NCBI GenBank assembly: GCA_002269645.1
Contig: NIVC01002934.1
Span: 1 to 64,000 of the forward strand
Direction: 5' to 3'
Length of the DNA: 64,000 bases
Source: Macrostomum lignano
Lineage: Eukaryota
Positions 55,012 through 64,000 of this stretch are shown here, piece by piece. Under the pieces are notes generated by a model. The model was not told the origin of the DNA, ran no database searches, and saw nothing but the letters and a program-made list of their open reading frames with translations. The translations under genes were made by a program, and so were the position numbers. Position 1 is the stretch's first letter; every line of letters begins with the position of its first letter.

Positions 55012-55799
55012 CTGGAATTGAAATAGATTCGTTTTGCATTCAGCAAGTAAGACACAAAGTCATATTGTGGACTTTACGCGTTCCAGTGGAACTACCAAGG
55101 AGAGGGGGAATTCCCCCTGACAATTTTTTCCCACAGTCATCTGGTGCCATCTGTTAAAGGAGCCGATGGTGTCGGGGTGATGACGGAATGTTTGAGAGAC
55201 TCGCTGAGGATGCCCAGCAGTTGAGGCTTGCCCAATGTCGAGGCTTGCTCAGCGAAACTCGATAAATTCGCAGAAGGGTGTCCATAGTCACCTGGAGCCA
55301 ACTGTTGAAGGTCCCGAAGCTCCGCCTGGGTGAAGGCTAGTGACAACGAAGTCAGAGCTGATGCAGGCATGTGCTTGACGGACTGTTGAAATTTGGAGCC
55401 TTGGCTGCACTGAAGCGCACAGGGGTGTACTGAATGCACTAACGCTTATGGGAGAATCCGACCTTCTGCATAATTATTGAATATCTCGACGGTCCGGAGG
55501 GCTGGCGACCTGACTCTTTGTTCGAGAAGTTGCACAACAAAAATTTGTCCAAAATTGTCACGGGGTGGAAATCCCCCATGTAGTTCGTAATCCTACTGTT
55601 AACAGGGTGATAGTACATGTCGGTGAACTCACTAATCTCACTCGCTTTGCATCGCACGCATTATGTCACGCTACTGTTAGTAGTTTTAATTTGTCAAAAT
55701 ATTTTTAAGTACACGAAGCAGGGGCGTATGTTGCTATGAGGATGGACAAGGGGCCTCGGCCGGCAAAAGAGTATGGTGGCACTCTTATCATAAAGCCTT

Positions 55800-56110
55800 A
55801 GTACTGGCGCCCCTGGTGCTGGTGCCCCTGGTGCTGGCGCCCCTGGTGCTGGCGCCCCTGGTGCTGGCGCCCCTGGTGCTGGCGCCCCTGGTACTGGTGC
55901 CCCTTGGTGCTGGCGCCCCTGGTACTGGTGCCCCTTGGTGCTGGCGCCCCTGGTGCTGGCGCCCCTGGTGCTGGCGCCCCTTGGTGCTGGCGCCCCTGGT
56001 GCTGGCGCCCCTTAGTGCTGGCGCCCCTGGTGCTAAAGCCCCTGGTGCTAAAGCCCCTGGTGCTAAAGCCCCTGGTGCTAAAGCCCCTGGTGCTGATGCC
56101 CCTGGTGCCA
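55800..56110. repeat. 15-bp minisatellite (CTGGTGCTGGCGCCC) in scramblase intron
   Basis: About 20 copies. Confidence 0.93.
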
Positions 56111-56153
56111 AAGACCTCTAAAATCCATTGAACAGATTCGCAAACAGACTCAC

Positions 56154-56538
56154 TCTCAAAGAACTCCTTCTTCTGCTTGATGAGCAGCTGGTCCAGCTGG
56201 GTGAGGTACTCCAGACCCGATGGACAGTTTGGCACCGTTGGCCTCTGCATCCACGGCTGCTCCTGGCGCTGCTGCTGCTGCATGGCCATCATCATGTGCT
56301 GCTGCTGCTGCGGCGGCATCTGCTGCTGGTTGCCGTAGGCGGGGTTCCCGTAGGGCCCGGCGTAGCCGCCAGCGCCAGCCTGCGGCGGCGGCGCCTGCTG
56401 GTGCTGCTGGTGCATTTGCGGATTGCCGTAGGCTCCGTTGCCCTGCTGTTGTTGCGGCTGCTGCTGCATCTGCAAGTTATGGTGCTGCTGCTGGTGTTGC
56501 TGCTCCTGATTTGCCGGCTGCACCTTGTTGTGATCCAT
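56154..56538 (-). CDS. PLSCR: Phospholipid scramblase, coding exon 1/5 (Q/P/G-rich N-terminus)
   Basis: MDHNKVQ...WMQRPTVPNCPSGLEYLTQLDQLLIKQKKEFFE; in-frame TGA upstream of the ATG; phase-1 donor A|GTGAGT; total 330 aa. Confidence 0.92.
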
Positions 56539-56839
56539 CAATGCTCAACCAAGTCTGACAGTAGATTATTAAGTAGGTAAAGTATACCCGGTAGGTTTAG
56601 CGACGATGGTTAATCAAGTGGTTTAAAATGGGTTGGGATTAAACATTGGGTTAAAAGCGAGGGTAAGCAGTGAGAGCAGTGAACCGTGCAGCTCTGAGGA
56701 TAAATGCAAGTGCAATTGCAAACTAATGTATACTGAAGTATGTTTAACATGCAATTCGTGGGAGTGAAGCTTTTACAGGAGAAATTTGATTATTGCAGAT
56801 TGGATTTCTTTTCTTTTTATGACTCAATACGATGGCTCC

Positions 56840-57630
56840 TGAGTCTGATGGCTTCTGTGAGAGTCTGAATGGCTTCTGTGGGAGTCTGATGGCTTCAGTG
56901 GGAGTCTAATGGCTTCAGTAGGAGTCTAATGGCTTCTGTGAGAGTCTGAATGGCTTCAGTGGGAGTCTAATGGCTTCAGTGGGAGTCTAATGGCTTCTGT
57001 GGGAGTCTGATGGCTTCTGTGAGAGTCTGAATGGCTTCTGTGGGAGTCTGATGGCTTCAGTGGGAGTCTGATGGCTTCAGTGGGAGTCTAATGGCTTCAG
57101 TGGGAGTCTAATGGCTTCAGTGGGAGTCTAATGGCTTCAGTAGGAGTCTGATGGCTTCAGTAGGAGTCTGATGGCTTCAGTAGGAGTCTGAATGGCTTCA
57201 TTAGGAGTCTAATGGCTTCAGTAGGAGTCTGATGGCTTCATTAGGAGTCTAATGGCTTCAGTAGGAGTCTGATGGCTTCTGTGGGAGTCTAATGGCTTCT
57301 GTGGGAGTCTAATGGCTTCTGTGAGAGTCTGATGGCTTCAGTGGGAGTCTAATGGCTTCAGTGGGAGTCTAATGGCTTCTGTTGGAGTCTAATGGCTTCA
57401 GTGGGAGTCTAATGGCTTCTGTGGGAGTCTAATGGCTTCTGTGAGAGTCTAATGGCTTCAGTGGGAGTCTAATGGCTTCTGTGAGAGTCTTAATGGCTTC
57501 AGTGGGAGTCTAATGGCTTCAGTGGGAGTCTAATGGCTTCAGTGGGAGTCTAATGGCTTCAGTGGGAGTCTAATGGCTTCTGTGGGAGTCTAATGGCTTC
57601 AGTGGGAGTCTAATGGCTTTAGTAGGAGTC
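56840..57630. repeat. 20-bp minisatellite (GGGAGTCTAATGGCTTCAGT)
   Basis: About 38 copies. Confidence 0.95.
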
Positions 57631-59508
57631 TATTGGCCTCAATCCATTGTAATATTGTCTATGAAACACTATATATGAGCCTATGCCAATTTCGTTATGA
57701 GCCTATGAAAATGACAAACTAGGTCAATCAATCTATTAATTAAGCACCATGCATAATCGAAGCTTAAGCAAGCGAATTTATTGTTAAAAGTGACAAAACA
57801 AACAACAAAAAACTGTCAAAGGTTTTGGTTGCATTGATGAATTCAGTTAAACTCTGTTAAACTAGAAACTGACAATGAGACTGACAATACTCGTAAATGC
57901 TTGTTAGTGAAAATTGAAATGGGTCGATCTTTTTTCAATTGCCTTTTGCGGCATTGCAAGTCAAATAAATTAAACATTTCTGTAATTTTGTCATTTTACT
58001 GCAAAGTTCGCTTAAAACTGCTCAAATTGAGCAGTTTCTTCTCTAATTGTTTAACTGCAATTTTCGGAATTGATTGCTTCAAAATATGCATAGAAGTACA
58101 TCCCAACTAATATTTTACTCACCAATGTTGGAAATAGCGCTGGCTTCTCGCTGAAATTTAATCTAGTTAAGAAGTTGGTCTCCCAGCGCTCGGCTCTTAT
58201 GGTCGGGAAATAGGAGAGGAACAGGCGAGAGCTGGAAGGAGGACAGAGGGAAGGGGATGTCGTCCGCTATGCTTTCTATCCCAAATTTTCTCTCCCCTTC
58301 TCTCTTCTCTCCCTCTGGGTAGTTCTCAACCCTCCCTCCTCCCGCTCTCCTGTCTTCTCAAATCCCGCGGTTAGTCCATCAAAAATATGAACTGCCAACT
58401 GAACCGTTGAAGAGCTGCAAGCTGCGCGTTACCAATAGCAACCGGCACAACGGTGGGTGTAGCTATGAGAAGATTAGAGTAGCTCTTCCTCCGCTCCCCC
58501 TGTGAGTCCCCCCGACACTCCTTCCACTACCCAGGCATTCTCGTCCCAGTGTAAAGCCAGCAGTGCACTATGGAGATCGCTGCTAGCTCAGAGGGTTGAG
58601 CTCAAACGTGTACAACCCGGGGAAGAAACGCCACTCACCATGGGGGTCGAGCAGAGAGTGAGAGAGCCGCTCTGAGCTGCAGGTGAGCGGGGCAACGAGA
58701 CAAAATATTGCTATAATATATGCTATATGTGAATAGCAGTACCATGGGAATTTTCTAAGGCCCGCTGCTCATTTTGGATTAGGGAATTGAAGAGACGGGG
58801 AGAGAGCATAGAGCATGCACAGAGGGCTAATATCTGTGAGTCTGGCATGGGGCATGGCTGCAGAACCAGCGGAAGATGACTTTCAAAATAGAAATGTGGA
58901 ATTCAATTCAATATGAGTTTATAATCAACTGGTTATTTATTATTCGCTGAAAATAAACTTAAAAAACTAAAAAAACCTAATCCATGAGTCATCAAAAAAC
59001 ATTTTGGTTCAAAGTTTCAAGGCAATTAACGTTTTTTGATTATATTTATTAATTTTTTATCATTTCAGCATAAACAACCTACAGCACATTGAGGGCTACT
59101 TATTACAAGTAGTAGACAAGGAAAATCTCTGACAACCGATGATTGAAATCGGCAGTAAAACTGAGTTTAAAAAGCTTCAACGAACAAGGAAAATCAGGTG
59201 GCAGCTTAGAGAGAGATTAAGAGGAATTCGACAGTGGTAGAAAAAATGACTCAATAATTAATTAGTTACCTGTTTTTTGTGTACGCCTTTTAATGAAATA
59301 TGAAAGCAGAAAATTACTATTTAAATACGGAATTTTAAAACTTATAACTTAAACTTAAAACTTATGAAAAGAGGGCTACAGTAGCAGGTATTTCAGGTAT
59401 TTGGCTAGAAGGAAAAAAACACAACATTTATTAAGCACACTCGAACAAGACGGCAACCAATGGGGACTCAAACAGCATCTTTGTCACAAATTGTTTCCAA
59501 TGCTACAA

Positions 59509-61006
59509 TCACCAATCCAGCTTATCGAAATCCAAGTGCTGATGGTAGTTGCCAAGCCGTCCATCGTCCAGGATGCTCTCAATGCCGTGCAGATCGCGGC
59601 CTAAGCAGCCGATCTCGTACGGATAGAGCAGGTCTTGGCCATCCTCCTGCTGCTGCTGCTGCTGCTGAGCTTCCTGCTGCAGCTGCTCCTGGTCGCACTT
59701 CTGGTCCATGGCCGCGCCGATGTTCTGATCGATCTCGCGGTCCCTGACGCTCTGCTGAACAGCTGGCAGCGGGATTCCCATCGATTGCTGCTGCTGATGC
59801 TGCTGCTGCTGCCGGTGCATCAGCTGAGACTGCGACAGTTGTGTCGGCTCGTCGAATTCTAGCCAGACGCTCTGGCTGGCAACCTGCACCTGGTGCTGGT
59901 GCTGGAGCTGGTGCTGGTACACCGACGGTTCTGGCTGCCTGACGGGGACTCGCCTGACAGGCGTGACCAGCACCGGATCTCATCGGCGGCACCGACCGGG
60001 GCGCCAAAATCGGACGGCGACAGGTGATTGTGGTACTCGTACAGGTGCTTGGTGAGCTCCGTCTCGTTTGGCAGCATAGCGAAGCACAGGTGGCAGGTCA
60101 GATTGCTGGGCTCTGGCGGGTGCTGCAGCTGCAGTCCTGAAGCATCGGTCGCCGCGCCCGCTGTCGGCATTTGGCCATCGAATCCGGCAGCCTTCTTGGT
60201 GCCCGGTATGATGCAGCCGTGAGTCTTCTTCTCGTGCTTCTTCCGGGTGCTGCTGTCGGCAAATCGGTGGTGGCAGACGCGGCACTGGTACGGCTTGCGG
60301 CCTGTGTGCGTGCGCACGTGCACGCTAATGCTGGAGCGCCAGCGCACTGCCGGCCGCAGATGCGGCACTCGTAGACAACAGAAGCGTCGGCAACTGGCGA
60401 GCCGTCCCAGTTGATACTGGCCTTCGCCTTCCGGACGATGATGAACTCGCGTTCCGACACAGTCTCGGAAGGCTGGTTGGCCAGCTGCTGGTGCTGCTGG
60501 TCGGGTGCCCAGACGCTGGTCGAAGCTGCTCCGCTGCTCGTGGCGGCAGCTTGACGACCATTGGCATTTGAGCCCCACCAGCTGGCGAGCTCTGGAACAG
60601 AAGGCAGCTGTTGCTGTCTTTGTTGCTGCTGCTGCACCTGCAGCCGCAGCTGATGAGGCCCAGAAGCAGCGGCGGCGGCTGCAGCCTCCTGGTCCTCAAT
60701 GATTCCAGCTTGGATCATCGCTGAACCTTCGATGCCAGCGGCTGCTCTGGCCGCTTCGTCCTGCTCGCTCGAATGACCAACTGAGAACTGAAGACTCTGC
60801 TGGTGCTGGTGCTGATATTGAAGGTGCTGGTGCTGATGCTGCAGCTGGTTCAGGTCGTACTGTCCAGCCCAAGCAGCCGCTGGGTCCATGAAGGTGCCGT
60901 ACATGAGCTCCGAGTGGCCCAAGTCCAGTGCGCCTGTACTCTCGCTCCCATTTGAGTCGCCGTTGGCCTGCCTACCGAAGTCGCTGCTGCCGTCGTCTTC
61001 CCACAT
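59509..61006 (-). CDS. Intronless C2H2 zinc-finger protein (3 fingers, polyQ), two 1-nt frame breaks at ~60342 and ~59975
   Basis: Three consecutive track ORFs join into ~499 aa: YECRICGRQCAWRSSISVHVRTH-TGRKPY-QCRVCHHRFADSSTRKKHEKKTH ... TCHLCFAMLPNETELTKHLYEYH. Confidence 0.8.
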
Positions 61007-61833
61007 TGTTCTTCTGTTGGTCTATCAGCTGACTTGACTTCACAACTGGTAGGACACTGGCTGTCTTGTTCAGTAGAAGCTGAGGGGAACTGTCAAATTG
61101 CGAGCGATCGGGGAGCGAGAAAAGAGAGGGAAAGGGCGGGGGGCAAAGAGGTCTCTCGCGCTCGGGCCCTGCCGCCCCATATTTTGACTGACTGGATCAA
61201 ACAGCTTTGGCCATAGACAAAAGTTCAGTCTTGCAACTTTGATATCTCACTCTGCTGGCCCCCAACCCCCCTGCGTAGACTCCTGACTATTCACTTGAAC
61301 TAAGGTCAGTCTAGCGCTTGTACACTGTTCTAAAGCCTATAGCCCTTTTCTAAGTCAGATTTTTTAATCTGTTCCTCTACATGTACTTTTTTCAACATTA
61401 GTGCCAAATTCATTTAGCTTCAGTTTTTTGTTTTAGTCTTTCATTATCTAAATTTTTATTAGAATTTTTTAACGAAGAAAGTAACTGCCCTGGTAGCAAG
61501 AACGCTGTCCTACAAGTAGCCATAAGTAGTATGTACAGTACGTTTCAGTGGAGTAAAACGAAAAGGACAACACGTCCAGGGACTTAAAAATTCCTTTTAT
61601 TCGAACTCTCAAACTCATTTAATTAGTTTACTTTGCCCAGCAAGAAATTAATTTTTTTCGTTTCTGTAAGTTGTTTTTCTATCTGCAGTATAAACTGAGA
61701 CTTGATAGATTTATACTTCATTCTTCAAGAAAGTTCTCGTTACAACAAACCCAAAGCCATAATGAAGTAGAATAGAGTTTGCAAAAAAAACATTTGGATA
61801 CAACAGAAAGTAATAATTTGACAGTAGGTGTCA

Positions 61834-61904
61834 CAAGGACCACTAGAAGTTGTACAACGGTACAACGTTGCAACCGATACAACGGTAACTTCTAGTGGTC
61901 CTTG
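61834..61904. mobile_element. 71-bp MITE with 18-bp TIRs and 8-bp target-site duplication
   Basis: CAAGGACCACTAGAAGTT (61834-61851) is the perfect reverse complement of 61887-61904; AGGTGTCA flanks both ends. Confidence 0.8.
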
Positions 61905-62031
61905 AGGTGTCATTCTTTCTAACAACAGACTAACCAGCCACCACCTCACATATTTTAATTGGACGGCGGGAGCACTTCTTAAGAGATAGAGCGGCATTCT
62001 CCATATTCAACCGGATGAATCTCATTATAAC

Positions 62032-62159
62032 ATGGAAGCCCTGTGGAGAATCTTGACAGCAATTGCAGCAGTTCTGATGCAGACCTTCGGCAGGTCAGCA
62101 GGCCAAAGCGAGAGCGTTAATGAGACTGAGCAGGAGATCCTGGAAGCCATTATGCTAGA
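62032..62159 (+). pseudogene. Signal-peptide-bearing ORF start interrupted by the LTR insertion
   Basis: MEALWRILTAIAAVLMQTFGRSAGQSESVNETEQEILEAIML ends exactly at the LTR TG. Confidence 0.4.
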
Positions 62160-62533
62160 TGTTGTGTCGTGTAACCTGACAGACCAACTTAATGATAGAT
62201 AATATTTTACGCTAATATTTCTACTATAACGTAAATGCTAACTATATTAATATTATTATTGTCTATTACTTATACTGCCACTTTAAGTAGAGTAGTTGAA
62301 AAATTATCTGTACAATGTATTATTAATCACGCGATATCTCTAGCTCATGAATTTATCGATCGTGCAGTTTTTCTAGTGTAGTTAAAATATCGATCATGTA
62401 GTTTTTCTAGTGTAGTTAAAATATCGATCATGCAGTTTTTCTTAAATACCAAAATATAAATAAAGCAACTGTGCGCACCTAGCACTTTACTTTTCAACTC
62501 AACTGGAAAACTTCAAGCCTTGGCTACACACCA
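62160..62533 (+). mobile_element. 5' LTR of a Ty3/Gypsy (Mag-like) retrotransposon
   Basis: TGTTGTGT...ACACACCA imperfect terminal inverted ends; AATAAA at ~62459; internal 34-bp tandem repeat at 62355-62442; followed by PBS-like TGGCGACGAG at 62536. Confidence 0.75.
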
Positions 62534-62556
62534 ACTGGCGACGAGGATCGACGAAG

Positions 62557-64000
62557 ATGGCTCTCAACGTTAGCCCACCTGCACCATTTCTGCCAGCAAG
62601 CGGAACACCGGCGGTCCCATGGAACAGATGGCATTCGACTTCTACTGTCAAGCAGCCCAAATCTGGACACCCCGACCGGCAGGCGAAGAAGCCCTGACAG
62701 ATGAGGCTAGGCGACTGGCGACGGTGTGCAAGAACCATCTACGGCACCTTCTCGGCTTCGAGGGGCAGCGGATGGCAAGGGCCCGAAATGCGATTGTCGA
62801 CGGTCATACCTTCTGGCAAACCCGCGATCAGCTGACGACGGTATTTGGCGACCGACCAAGTGTGATGCTGGCGCGTCATCGATTCAGGGAGCAACAGCAG
62901 CTGCCGGGCGAAGACGCAGTCACGTCCGTCGCAGCGCTACGAGAGCTATCAGCCACGTGCAGCTACGGACCTCTGGCAGACGAAATGATCCGTGACCAGC
63001 TTGCCCAGAAGACGAGCAGCACTCGAATTCGCGAGCGTCTTCTGACGGAGGACGCCGCCAGGCTGACACTAGAGCAAGCAGTTGTCATCGCGACTACGAT
63101 CGAGAACGCGGCGGCAGGCAGCAAGGCGATGGCGGCGACCAGCTCCTTTGAGAGCGTCCAGACGGTGCAGCAAGCAGCGAGGCGACAGGGCCCCGGCAGC
63201 GCTCCGCCCGACAGCAGGTCGCAGCATCCGGCCAAAAGCTCCTGCACCCGATGCGGACGGAGCCACGAGGCCAAGGCGAAGTGTCCCGCGCACGGCAAGA
63301 AATGCAACAGTTGCGGGAAATTGAACCACTCCAGTCGATGCTGCCGCAGCAAGGCACTCCAAGTCAGCGCAGACGAGACGGTCACGATCTACGCGGTCCA
63401 TGGCGGCGACGAGATCAGAGTCGAGCTGCTGCTGGGCGACTGCTTGAAGACAGTCAGCCTGATGGTCGACTGCGGCGCCAAAGTTTCTCTGCTCAACGAG
63501 GCTACGGCGAGAAGTCTGAGCGACATCGATCTAAAGCCATCGGCAGTGCAGCTACGAGCTTACGGCGGGAAGAAGATCGCCGTCGCAGGGCTCGCAACAG
63601 TCTGCGTCAAGTACCGCAGCCAAGAACTGCAACACGACTTTCACGTCACTAGGTCGGGCGAAAATATCGTCGGCCGCGATCTGATGCAGAAGCTGGGCAT
63701 CCAAGTGCAACTCCAACCTTGCGATGCCAACATCGGAATTGCCAACGTGCAGGACATCGCCAGCGAGTTCCCAGCGGTCTTCGACGGAGCAATCGGTCTC
63801 TGCAGAGGAGCGGTGCACCAACCGAGAATCAACACGGCCGTGCAACCAGTGCAGCAGCCGCTGCGCCGCCTGCCACTCGCCAAGCAGCAACAGGTCGGCG
63901 AGGAGCTCAACCGTCTGGAGGCAGCAGGCATCATCGAGCGGGTCAACTCGAGCCCATGGATTTCCAATCTTGTCGTGGCGAACAAGAAAGACGGCAGCAT
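62557..64000 (+). mobile_element. Ty3/Gypsy (Mag-like) gag-pol, truncated by window end; one frame break near 62625
   Basis: Frame open from 62619 to the window end: gag (RHRFREQQQLPGE, MIRDQL, IRERLL), two CCHC knuckles (CTRCGRSHEAKAKC, CNSCGKLNHSSRCC), aspartic protease LMVDCGAKVSLL...IVGRDLM, and RT start (PVQQPLRRLP...LEAAGIIERVNSSPWISNLVVANKKDGS). Confidence 0.93.

Noticed and set aside
55719-55816. CAGGGGCG...CGCCCCTG as MITE termini seeding the 15-bp array
   Set aside because: Only an 8-bp match and no target-site duplication.

Overview
Eukaryotic animal genomic DNA with GC-rich exons separated by introns packed with micro- and minisatellites. This composition suggests a macrostomid flatworm such as Macrostomum lignano (inference, not checked). 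I assembled six host genes by hand from splice sites and reading-frame phase. (1) A 7-repeat delta-like protocadherin, +, 10055-33809, 4 exons, ~1089 aa. (2) A small secreted WSC-domain protein, -, 35863-34918. (3) Mitochondrial 2-amino-3-ketobutyrate CoA ligase GCAT, +, 37331-40448, 5 exons, 419 aa. (4) A secreted 258-aa protein with a 6-4-6 cysteine pattern matching Argos/giant-lens EGF-ligand decoys, -, 47139-44377. It is not visible as one ORF in the track and is the best lead in the window. (5) A phospholipid scramblase, -, 56538-52650, 5 coding exons. (6) An intronless C2H2 zinc-finger gene with two single-base frame breaks, -, 61006-59509. The window ends in the 5' LTR and gag-pol of a Mag-like Ty3/Gypsy element. 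That element appears to have inserted into a signal-peptide-encoding ORF and lies near a 71-bp MITE with an 8-bp target-site duplication. About 35 tandem arrays are present. Several carry repeated TTTGGCGC (E2F-like) or TCAAGGTCA (NR5A/ERR-like) motifs or hairpin cores. The very long ORFs in the track are repeat artefacts. I found no rRNA, complete tRNA or CRISPR array. All coordinates were counted by eye, and repeat boundaries are approximate.
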